A stretch of DNA of 64,000 nucleotides from Octopus sinensis (lineage: Eukaryota): positions 20,522,001-20,586,000 of the forward strand of contig NC_043014.1 in assembly GCF_006345805.1 (NCBI RefSeq), read 5' to 3'. Positions 12,250-24,212 of the stretch are shown here, in pieces. Position 1 is the first letter of the stretch, and every line of letters begins with the position of its first letter. Both the position numbers and the translations under genes were made by a program. A model generated the notes under the pieces. The model worked only from the letters and a program-made list of their open reading frames with translations. It did no database searches and was not told the origin of the DNA.

Positions 12250-12422
12250 ACGCAATTTTTTTCTCTCCTTGTTTCTTTTCTGTGTATCTTTCTGTCGAAG
12301 AGCGTAGGGTCGAAACGTAAAAGACTTGTTTTATTTCTATTCCTGAGCGCCATACTAATACATTGTTTGTTTGTACTCCACCTGCCTTCGTCTTTTGTTT
12401 ATTTTCGTAAACCTTCCCGTTA
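12250..12422 (+). mobile_element. Non-autonomous PLE-end family E with hammerhead-like motif
   Basis: tcttt-ctgtcga-a-gagc-gtag-ggtc-gaaa-cgta-aaaga at 12287-12324; homologous to 34700-34880, 41290-41445 and 62350-62520. Confidence 0.65.
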
Positions 12423-13856
12423 CATACAAACATACATACATACATGTATAAACATATACACATGTGTGTACATGTCAGTGTATTGAATCTTTCTTATTCA
12501 AACAATCGGAGAAAGACAGCGTGAAAGAATATGAGCAATGATAATCGATATTTGATTGGTTATGAAGTGAACTCTTAGAAAATTACGCACAATTTCATCC
12601 ATTCAGTTCTCGTGTGCTGAATATATTATCTTATTAATTCACGTGCAAACAAGCGGTGTTTTCATATCTTCAGTATCATATGTATAAAACCCAAATTTCT
12701 TTTTCGTCTTTCTATATAAATTGCTTTGGGCTATAGCAAATACATCATTGACAAAATATACTATTTTATGCATTTAATTATCAGAAATTACTCAATAATT
12801 ATCGATAGAAATATTTGCAAGAATCTACAAATTGGGAACTTTTATTCAAAGTTACAAAATACTCGCTGACGAAACAATTCATATAGCGTATGCGCATTCT
12901 AAAATAGGACAGTCGATCTTATAATTGCTAATATCAGAATACTTTGACCTGCATATAATTTTGGATATTGAAATGATTGTGTGTCTGTGAGGCTCTAGAT
13001 ATATATACATATGTGACTGGGAGATATCTTTAAATGGATTTTCAGTAATCCTTATATTTTTCTCCGATAAATTGATATATCAAAAAGTATGATACTATTG
13101 TGAAGTTAGATATTATCGTTGTTGCACTGGCGGAGGCGTGAAAGGTTTTATGTGACTGCACCAGAAATCATTCTTCTAAATATAATGGATATGGAAATAG
13201 CGAAGACTTTGATGCAGCTGCAACCCCACTAATGCAACTTTATCGAATTAGATATCATAGATTATCTTTGCTCTACGTCATATATAGATATATATATATA
13301 TATATATACAGGAAAATCCTAACGATATTGAATTCAGCGTTTAAACTTTGGTGAGGATATCACCTCCGGATATATTTGTGTAAATGAATATTAATTATAC
13401 CTTGTATACAACATATCTTTCAAAATACATTATCTGATTGTAAAGATGCATAGCACGAATGAATTACAAATGTAAATCTATATAAACATCAATCTACTCC
13501 GCAAATGGTAATGTTTGTTATGCGTCCACGGCTTGTTGCATAGTCTTGGCTTGTTGCATATCCATCTGCCAATATTAAAGTTATTACGTAATTCAGAGCG
13601 CTCAGAAACAGCCGTCAGACCTGAAATACCGTGCTTTCTCCCCTTAGTTTTCTGTATCGTTTACATTCCATGTGGATTTCTTCTGTAAAAATATGCATAT
13701 TTATCTGCTTCTACATGAATGTTAATTTTCTAAATATTTTCAGTTTTTGTTTTTCTCTCCACACATCTATATCCATATATATGTATATATATAAACCCAA
13801 GGGCTTGCATGTGTTTATGTGCATCATTATCTCTCTCTACATATATTCAAACGATC

Positions 13857-13892
<36 letters not shown>

Positions 13893-13893
13893 T

Positions 13894-13928
<35 letters not shown>

Positions 13929-14046
13929 TACAGACAGACAGACAGACAGATACATACATACATACATACATACATGCGTGCATACATACATACATACATA
14001 CATACATACATACATACATACATACATACATACATACATACATACA
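13857..14046. repeat. Compound (AGAT)n/(AGAC)n/(ACAT)n microsatellite
   Basis: Direct reading. Confidence 0.95.
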
Positions 14047-14387
14047 TCCAACAGGCTGTATAATACCACTTGCTAAAATCAAAACCAATGCTCCCAAAAA
14101 TCACTATAAACTCACGATAAAGATACATACAATGAACATATGAGAAATAGACTTACCTTTGCGTTGAATACATCAGTAAGTAATGTATATTTCAATATCA
14201 ATTGATTTCACGCTTTGCATGACAAACATACTGTGCGTTCTTCTGTTGAAAATAAGATTTTAACATCTATTTCTAAAATATTCACTGCATTAGCTCGTGT
14301 GCGTTTCTTTCTTTAAACGGTGTAAACTTGCTATCAACCATATTATTATCTTATTGATACTATTAATAACGGCAATAATACTTCTAT

Positions 14388-14441
<54 letters not shown>

Positions 14442-15514
14442 TAGCATTAAAGACCCGTCGTTGCCGGGTCATAGTGCTAGTGCATGTATATATGTGCATA
14501 TATATGTGTACATGTTACATGTACATTTATATATATACATCTACACATAAAATACAAAATACAAAGTTATATGTTGATATCGCTAGTGATAACAATACTC
14601 AAAATATATAACAGACTGGAATTGTTAGCCCGTCTCTTGTAATTTCGATCAATTGTATCTTGTCCTCCCTTTTGTATAGAAGTGTGGCTACAATCCGACG
14701 GCTGCAGCGAAATTCATTTTGGACTTTCTTCTATCGAAGACATTTTAACAAAAATACTTCCGTGTAGACGGTGAAAATATTGTCAATTGCCCCAAACAGG
14801 GACACAATTCAATTTTTAAATAATAACCAAAGCTCCTTCTCCCAAAGGGGGAGGGTTACGGTTTACAATTATTTAAACAATGCAACACAACAACGCTTCC
14901 CTTACGAGGAACCAACAAACGTGATAACAATAGTTAAACAGAAATAATAATAACAACAAACCTTACGGTAAACCAAAAAGCAGTACTCTGTTGAAGCTAT
15001 AGGCCTTTATGGATCAGAAATAAACTAACAGCAGTACTCAGTAGAATGCTTAATGCTAGCTAATTAGCAAATAATCTAATGTAAAAGCCGTGCACACCTC
15101 CATCTGGACTATTCCATTTCTGCACTTAAATTTTATTTTTTATTTATTCCCATTCATGTGAAACCACTGATTCAAGTTCAAGTCATTGATGCAATTTTAT
15201 ACCAATTACTATATTGTTACTTTTCTTATGTTACGATTAATATTATACTTTAGTTTGATTTTAATTATTACTTACTACATATAATTCAATTGTTATTATT
15301 ATTTTTATTGTTAAAGTGAAAGTATCTGACATAAAATAGAGAAATGTTTTTGTTTCACTTTTAACACGTAATACTGAAATAGTGGAGAAGATATGATATT
15401 GCTATGGGCTCGGTCTAGGCAAGAAGTTGAACATTTTTTTTTGCCCATGAAACTACATGGACTCTAAGTAAGGCATGTGTAAAATTTGAATGAAATTGGT
15501 TGTGTTTTATAAAA

Positions 15515-17105
15515 GGATCAGTAAAGACTTCATTACTAAATCAATTGAATTCATCCTACATAATAACCACTTCATGTTTGACAATACATTTTACCGTCAA
15601 AAATCCAGAATTGCTATGGGTACAAGGGCAGCACCAGTCATTGCGAACCTAACAATGGGCTACCTGGAAATAATCATTTACCAGGAATCTTTATCAATCT
15701 TTGGAAACCTCCTCTCTCAATACATAAAAGAGAATTGGAAACGATTCCTGGACGATTGTTTTATACTCTGGAATGAAAACACAGATAAACTCCTAAAATT
15801 CAAAAACCTATTGAACAGCATAAACCCAAATATACAGTTCACAATGGAATACAACAAAAAGGAGCTCCCATTCTTGGATATACTAATTAAAAAAATTAAC
15901 CTTAAAATAGAAACAGACATTTTTTACAAAGCCACAGACGCCAAACAATACCTACTTTTTGATTCATGCCACCCAAGACACACTAATACAAACATCCCCT
16001 TCAAACTTGCAAGAAGGATATGCACAATAGTGTCAGAACAAAATACCAGGAACTTTAGACTGCAAGAACTCAAAAACACCCTAATTGACAGACATTACCC
16101 AGCTCAACTCATAGAGGATAGGATCAGACGTGCAACAGAAATCAACATAGAAACTTTGAGAAAAGTTCAACACAACAACACACCTTCCCCGAAAATACTA
16201 CCTTATATATCCACATACAACCCCAGAAACAAAGAAGCCTTCACCATCATCACCCAGAATTTACCAATACTTCATAAGGACCCCAAATTAAAGGAAATTC
16301 TAAACACACACCAAATCATTAAAAGCTACAAACAACCTAAATCACTTAAAAAGATTCTCACAAAAGCAAAATTGTTTTCTGAAATTACGGATGCAAAAGT
16401 AAAAAAAATATGGTAGACCGAACTGTGCAACATGTCCAAACCTGCTAGAAGGATCAGAATTCCTCTTCAAAGAGGGACAGAAATTCAAGATCAAATCTAA
16501 TTTTACTTGTGCCTCTGAAAACATAATTTATGTCATAAAATGCTCGGGCTGCCACCAAAACTACGTGGGGTCCACGGGACTATCACTCAGACGTAGAGGC
16601 ACACTGCATCGACAACAGATTGCATTCCCAGAATACAGAATGATACCCTTTAGTGAGCACATTGAGAAATGCGCTAAGCAACTACTACCACAATTTTTAA
16701 TCTTTCCATTTTACCAATGTGCTATCGGAACACCAACACAAATAAGACTAAACAAGGAAATATTCTTTATTGAAAAATACAAGCCCAAACTTAACCATTC
16801 CAACATTCTTATAAAGAGAAACTCACTCCAAAAAAAAGGCAAGAAATATTAAGCGATTATCTCCCTTACACCGGAAGAAATCACTTATTACCTACCCTTA
16901 TCTGGAACTCTCTCCTTCACACTTCTCAACGTAAACATAACGATGTAAGAAATTTGAAAAGCTGAACGCGAAACCGGTCATTTCTTCAAAAACTATGTCA
17001 TTGTATGAAAAAAATTTATAACATTCTTCAGACATAATGACTCAAATATATATTTTTTAACCTTTTAAAACAAGCCTTCTGTAGTTTTTTCACTTTTTAC
17101 TATTT
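15515..17105 (+). mobile_element. Penelope-like retroelement 1 (5'-truncated): RT + Cys-rich linker + GIY-YIG endonuclease, one frameshift
   Basis: RT motifs 'YRQKSRIAMGTRAAPVIANLTMG' and 'RFLDDCF'; thumb 'YLLFDSCHPRHT..NIPF.LARRICTI'; +1 shift in the poly-A at ~16402-16409, then 'GRPNCATC..NIIYVIKCSGCHQNYVGSTG..KYKPKLN' (stop 16852). The Cys linker suggests Neptune-like. Ends in (TA)n. Confidence 0.92.
16947..16986 (+). ncRNA. Minimal type I hammerhead ribozyme motif (U3-A8 core variant) in PLE1 3' end
   Basis: aagaaat-TTGAAAA-gc-tgaac-gc-GAAA-ccg-GTC-atttctt: 7-bp helix I, palindromic helix III (accggt), GUC site. Confidence 0.7.
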
Positions 17106-17762
17106 TATATATATATATATATATCTACACACTCACACATAGATGCACACCGTGGTATATATACATACATATACATATATACATACATACATACGCACAT
17201 ACATACATACATACATACATACGCACAATAGTAAAACAAAAGTTCTGTGATATAGAGATAAATATCTGATAATAGGTTTTAGGGTATAGTTTTGGGAGTA
17301 AGGGTCATAAATCACTTCCTGGCTTCGGCGGGGGGAAGTTGAAATTTGATATTATTGTGTTGAGTGGTCACTCTACATCTATCCATCGCTACAGCTTTAT
17401 GTTTATAGTGTGTATGTGCGTGCATATACACACACATACATATATACATACATACATACATGCATACATACATACATACACACATGTATGCATACATACA
17501 CTCATACATACGTACATATATATGACGAACTAACTGTTACTTTCTCAGATGCAGCACGGAATTTTGTCAGTGAACAGGTCGCGGATTTTAGCGACGAAAA
17601 TATTTTGACAAATTAAACTTAAATGTTGAAGTGAATCGAACGGCTTTTGTGTGTTTCTTAAATGGCTTATAAACACCTTCCACGCTACAATTATACATAT
17701 ATTATTTTAGTCATTCATTCTTTTATACATTTCAGCCCCTAGGCTGTGACAATGTTGGAGCA

Positions 17763-17862
<100 letters not shown>

Positions 17863-18839
17863 TACATACATACTAACACTCATACATATACTTACATACA
17901 TATGCACCGAAGCATTCCTACAGCCAAAAATTGTAGCCCTGGCTGCAAATAATATAGCTGAAAATAACTAAAGAAAGTTGCAACAGAAATTTGATGTAAT
18001 CCCGAGAATATTTCGTCTTATGCTGTCCTCTTCAGCAAGCGTAAAAATAGACCTGCATATTAAAGGGACCTCGGCCTTTAAACCGTATAAAGTTTTGATT
18101 CATTCAGCAGCAATTATTTTCATGTAAGTGGACTGTGTTACTTGTAGATTAAAAGTTTCGGCAGTGACAAATAACAGGCCATTTAAGAATCATTGATCAC
18201 TCATCGAACTAGCCAATTAGTTGATTGGGGTATTTACTATTCGTCCATTCGTGCTCTTGTACATTTAAGCATGAGCACACACATTTAAAAAGAACTTCAA
18301 TTATATTCTAACCATAATCTGTTCTCATTTCAAAAAGGAAAGAAGATTTTTTAAAATGACTATAAACTTTGGCTGAATTTTAGTTCCAGGTGTAAAAACT
18401 TTATTAATAAATCAAAATAGGCGAAATGAGATTAAAATAATTGCAGTTGAAGCTAATTTTAGAGCCTATTCTCAGGCATACAAATAAACGAATCACACGC
18501 TCTCCACACATTTTTGTTAATTTTCTATTTCCCAGTAGTAAACTAATTTTCACAAAAACAAAATATAATGAAAGGCAAATTTTATATTATATAATATTAT
18601 ACTATGTTATGCTATATTTTATTTTGTCTCGAATGACAGAAGTGACAAAAATTATCGTTGAATATGAGATCATATGACTGTAAACATCCCGTTTTATGTC
18701 CTCCATATTTGTTGTAGTTGTTGCAATTGACAAGTGAATGTTTTCGAAACACTTTGAACAGCGAAAAAAAGGAATTCACGAAATCAAGGGCAGGATCTGA
18801 ACGACGTGAATATCGATTGATTGAATATTTGAAAGTTGA

Positions 18840-19603
18840 TAACATGCATACATACATTCAGAGAACACATTGACTCAGTCTGTCTTACTGCAAGAAAGTA
18901 CAGCGGGTGGATCTTGCGCACCTTCAAATCAAGAGATACCTCAACAATGAAAACCCTCTGGAACAGTATGATACTTCCGAGGATTGACTACTGTTCTCAG
19001 TTGTGGTCACCAACAACAAAGGGCCAACTATCTAAGATAGAATCGCTCCAAAGAAATTTTACCTCATACTTCTCAGAAACGAGGGACCTGGACTATTGGC
19101 AAAGACTCAAAACCTTGAGGATGTACTCAATAGAAAGAAGATTTGAGCGATACCGAATTATATACATTTGGAAAATGATAGAGCAGAAGGTGCCAAAATT
19201 TGGTATCAAAACCTACCACTCACTGCGCCACGGAAGACGCTGCCAGCTGCCACCAATCAACAAAAAGGCTGGCCAGGCAGCAAAAACCCTGCGAGAATCA
19301 AGTCTGTTGGTTCGAGGAGCACAACTGTTCAACTCCATTCCGGTACATGTCAGAAATCTATCAGGATGCAGTGTGGAATCATTCAAATTGCAACTGGATA
19401 GATACTTAAGCACCATTAGAGATGAACCCCATCTCCCAGGATATACACAACGAGCACAAACTGACTCAAACTCGCTCCTACACATGTCAAATTTAAGCAG
19501 AGAATACAACCTGGCAACCACACCAGACTCTGAGGGTGGAGTCTTCGACTTGGCCTGAGCATGGACTCAAACCCAAATGAAATGAAATGAAATGAAATGA
19601 AAT
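18840..19603 (+). mobile_element. CR1/L2-group LINE, 5'-truncated RT C-terminus with (AATGA)n tail
   Basis: ORF 18836-19558 'ILPRIDYCSQLWSP..IESLQRNFT..DYWQRLKTLRMYSIERRFERYRIIYIWK..FKLQLDRYL'; short hairpin-forming 3'UTR; tail at 19574-19603. Confidence 0.88.
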
Positions 19604-20079
19604 ATATATATATATATATATATACACATTCAAACGTGTGTGTGTGTGTGAACGCGTGCATCTGTGGAAAATAAGATACCACAAAAAAGTGCTGATTAAA
19701 CTGTGTAAAATGTATGTAAAGTCTATGTGTTTATTCATGTGTAAGATAAACAATGATTATATTTCGTATTTACATTAATGGTCGACCTGACCTCTTATGA
19801 AAGATCCAGGGAAAATGTCGACAACAAAGTTGTTCTCTAAGCTCAATTTTCCATGATCTTATCAAGGTTATCGGTTTAGTGTCAAATTACAATACGTGGA
19901 AGGTTCTTGAATGCATCTGATGCTTTTCCTTGCTTCTTAAGAACTGTTAAGGCTCCTCAGAAAGATACGAGGGGAGAAACCATTTATGCGACGAAACCGT
20001 TCTCTATCTTCCCGCTAGCTTCTTATCAAAGCAATGTTTTTGCTTCTATTTTATTTACTTAAATTTAATACAGGTTCAG

Positions 20080-20232
20080 GGTAGGTGTGTCGTTAAAAAA
20101 CTGGCTTCACAACACAACCGTGCGATCTTGGGTTCAGCCCATTGGGCGACACCCATGATCTATAGCCCTGCGCTAACCAAAGCATTTTGAGTGGATTTCG
20201 TAGACGAAAACTGAAGGAAGCACTCGTGATAT
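20080..20232 (+). mobile_element. SINE family A head/body fragment
   Basis: gggttcagccc...ctatagccctgcgctaaccaaagcattttgagtggatttcgtagacgaaaactgaaggaagc. Confidence 0.7.
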
Positions 20233-20266
20233 AATAAATAACACATAAAAGTATGTCTGTGCATTC

Positions 20267-20326
<60 letters not shown>

Positions 20327-20465
20327 ATAGATAGACATACACATACACACACACACATGCAATACACAAGCACACATACGTGTGTACATATAAATATGCG
20401 AGTGAGTGTGCTTGTATATATATTGTGTGTGTGTATGTATGCATATACATATACAAATAGATAGT

Positions 20466-20567
<102 letters not shown>

Positions 20568-20775
20568 ATGAGAGAGGAAAGATTTTTTACTTGTTCGTAT
20601 ATCAGTGAGGTTTTTACATACTAAATAACAAATATTGTTTGAGAAAATAGAGTTAACTATACATGTTTACTAATGACAGACTTGCAGCGTATGTTAATCA
20701 TTAGCAAACACGCATACATATGCGCATTTACTTAGATACACCCACACATAAGTACATACGCTGACACACACACAC

Positions 20776-20844
<69 letters not shown>

Positions 20845-21382
20845 TATATATATATACACAAATACATACATACACATACGTGTAGGTACGGATTTACATG
20901 TGGGTGTCAGATTCAACATTTCAGATAATATTTTCAAAATACTATTAAAACAGAAAAAAAGTTTTCTACCTGCGTAAATTTACATGAATGTTGTAACAGT
21001 AACTAGTTCACTCAGAACGAAGTGCGTTGGTTAATTAGTGAAAGGGGAGTGTATAATTAAATTTTAGGACAAAAAAGTTTCACTTGACTCGGCTTTTTTT
21101 TTTTTTTTTTCACAATACTTTGAAAAAACACTTTGAAAGTTCATTAATAAAACGTTTCTCCACTATTATGATTCCGTTTCTCTACTTTGCAGTAGAGAAT
21201 ACAAAAGAGCTTAAAAGCAACTCTGCTTTAAAAAAGTTTAGAGACTGATATATTGTTTATTCATGTGTACGGTGAACATGAATTACAATTTTGGACCACA
21301 CTTTCAGTTGTCTGTTGTACATAACAATAGTTTAAGAAATGTCAATTTGTGGGGCAAAGCTGTGTCTGTGTGCGCGCGCGCG

Positions 21383-21418
<36 letters not shown>

Positions 21419-22851
21419 AGGTTAACATAACGCGAGAATGGAGGATAAGACGCTTTAATTGTAGTCACGCTATTTGTTTCTACCTGCACCGCACACCAAT
21501 TTTAAGATGTTGAATTTATGTTAATAAACCATTATAGAAGAACATTGTATATAATCTTTATACAGTTGAATACTACTCAGCAACAGCCGCGTGTGGGCGC
21601 TTCATCGGGTGCAATACGATTAATTCCTGTTGAGTTCTTCTGAATACTCTTCGTATATGATGTACATTACTTCATTCATCCAATCTAGTCAGGAACTTGG
21701 AATTTTGTACCAAGCTTTGCATTTATGTTGTTAGCGCTATCATATATTTGTTATGTGCGCCTTAGACAAGGGAACATACTGACATCGCTTGAAAATGCTC
21801 GAAAGATTTTACTAGAAGTGTCTACGGTGAATATTAAAGATCAGCCGGAAATCTTTAGTGCTTGACATAGAAGTCATGAAAAGGGTCCTGTGTCTCAGTT
21901 TGGAAGTTCACCTCATCAAGTAACATATGCGAAAGGTTAGGCATGTCATCCATCTTCCCGATTTCAAGCTTCCGAAGCAATGATTTTACAGTTAATTAGT
22001 TTTCAGTGAGCATCCGCAATAGATGACGTCGCAAATCAAACCTTAAGTCTTTGAACATTAATACTGTTAACTGGCAATTGTAATTAATAAAGACATGAAA
22101 ATCAGAGTAAAACTTAATATAGTGTTCTGCAACAGGAGGAACCGCTTATAGTTTGAGGAAATTCGAACTGCCAATTAAACTGGGAAATAGCCACCTCTGA
22201 AATCTCCATGCTGTTAGAGTTCTGTATGGTCAATGGCCTAAAGGAAATCTCGTTTGCACACTCAGTGGTTACATTAGCCTTTCAAAAGGCGACATTGTTA
22301 CTCATGAGAAGTCGAATCTCAAGAAAAGAAAACTAAGTATTTACGAGAATATACTTTTCACGGTTCATGAGAAGCGCTACTATCCTTTAAATCTTAAAGT
22401 GTGTTTATCTACTGTGGAGTTGAAAATAAAACTTGAGTGAATGCATAAAGATACGACCGCAGCTGATAAGATATTTGGTAAAATTCTATGGTATTTGGTA
22501 AAATTTGACAAAAACAAAAATGAAAACACTGCCAAGATTAGGTACTCATTTGAGAACTCGCGTCGGCTACTTCATAGTCACTACACATATACGATAGTAC
22601 TACCTCTACTCTAGCTTATTTTCTTGTTTTTCTTTTTTTAAAAAACGGAGCCATGAAAGAAAAGCCTTTACATGTAAATATATAAAAAAGCATGGAAGTG
22701 GAAAAAGAGAATTTGTAATATTTCCTTAGAAAATAAGGTAGAAATATTCTTCACTTCAGCAAAGGATCAAAGCTTTTCACACAAGGAACCGCCAAAATCA
22801 TGCATTAAAACAGAATACAATACAAAGCTTCAGAATATTATGCGAAATTAA

Positions 22852-23072
22852 GGTTGCGAGCTGGAAGAATCGTTACAACGCCTGGCAAAATGCTTAGCAG
22901 CATTTTGTTCGTCATTACACTCAGAGTTCCCATTCCACCGAGGTCAACTTCACCTTCCATCCTTTCGGGGTCGATAAAATAAGTACCAGTTGAGTACTGA
23001 TGTCAATGTAATCGACTTACACCTTCACCACCCCGAACTTGATAGCCTTGTACCAACATTTGAAACCAATAT
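22852..23072 (+). mobile_element. SINE family B
   Basis: ggttgcgagctggaagaatcgttacaacgcctggcaaaatgcttagc...ccgaggtcaacttcaccttccatcctttcggggtcgataaaataagtaccag. Confidence 0.85.
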
Positions 23073-23814
23073 TTAGAACTAGGTAGTAACACATAATTAC
23101 ATTTTCTCTGCCAAATCTTAGCCAAGAAAGAGTACAGTATTAGATATGACAAAGCTGAAACTCATATTCACTGAAAGTTATTCCAGAATTATAAGCAGAA
23201 TGCCAACAGAAATGAGGTAAGTATAAGCATTCACTGGTAAAGTTTTCAGAAAATGACAAAGCAGTCATATTTTGGATATGTCAATACATATTTAATGGAG
23301 TTAAGGGTTGCTGAGACTCAGGCGCAATTACATGAAAGCGAAGAACAAAGTAAGAAAAAAAAACAATTAAAAGAGCAAAGGCAGATAAAATTGCATCCCA
23401 ACGCTCTGTAATAGACAGAAAAAAGTAAGATATTACACAGTATATTTCTTACAAGGAGTAGGTATTCTGATGTTGACACAGATATAACCCATCGTTAGCA
23501 GATTACGTCTAGATTTCATATTAACAATTCAGAGTCAGTCTGCCAATTAGATTTTACCAAGCAAACATTCTAAAAAAAATTGTGCTTAAACCTACTGCTT
23601 TAGTGGTACACACAACCGCATCTCTGGCTGTTTTATGTTAGTCTCAAATGAGTATACTAGTCGCCATACCAGACATGGTCAGTATTTTCGCTGAATAGGC
23701 ATTCAGTTTAAACTCCTGTATAAGAACTAGTAGGAACATAAGCCTACCAAAGTAGAAAACAGACATCGCCGTCCTTCGAAATATTAGTATTGAAACTAAT
23801 CAGGCCAATAGACC

Positions 23815-24212
23815 AAATATTCTTTTCTACTCTAGACACAAGGCCCGAAATTTTGGGGGAGAGGGGACAGTCGATTAGATTGAGCCTAGTAGGCAGCTGT
23901 TACTTAATTTATCGACCTCGAAAGGATGAAAGGCAAAGTTGACTTCGGCGGAATTTTAAGTCAGGAGACACGAAATACCTATTTCTTTACTACCCACAAG
24001 GGGCTAAACACAGAGGGGACAAACAAGGACAGACAAACGGATTAAGTCGATTCTATCGACCCCAGTGCGTAACTGGTACTTATTTAATCGATCCCGAAAG
24101 GATGAAAGGCAAAGTAGACCTCGGCGTAATTTGAACTCAGAACGTAGCGGCAGACGAAATACTGCTAAGCATTTCACCCGGCATGCTAACGTTTCTGCCA
24201 GCTCACCGCCAT
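23815..24212 (-). mobile_element. Two tandem SINE family B copies with different tails
   Basis: Two occurrences of tttatcgac..gaaaggatgaaaggcaaagt (~23900-23945 and ~24085-24120); head at 24150-24212. Confidence 0.85.

Noticed and set aside
15515-15560. PLE1 and PLE2 are both 5'-truncated at nearly the same RT position
   Set aside because: Only two copies; compatible with chance.
21550-22400. Possible decayed hAT transposase on the minus strand (RAFS motif near 21795)
   Set aside because: Single short motif amid many stops; not supportable.
23122-23349. Two possible + strand exons with GTAAG donors (23122-23216, 23250-23349)
   Set aside because: The implied intron is only 33 bp and the phases are incompatible; no recognisable protein.
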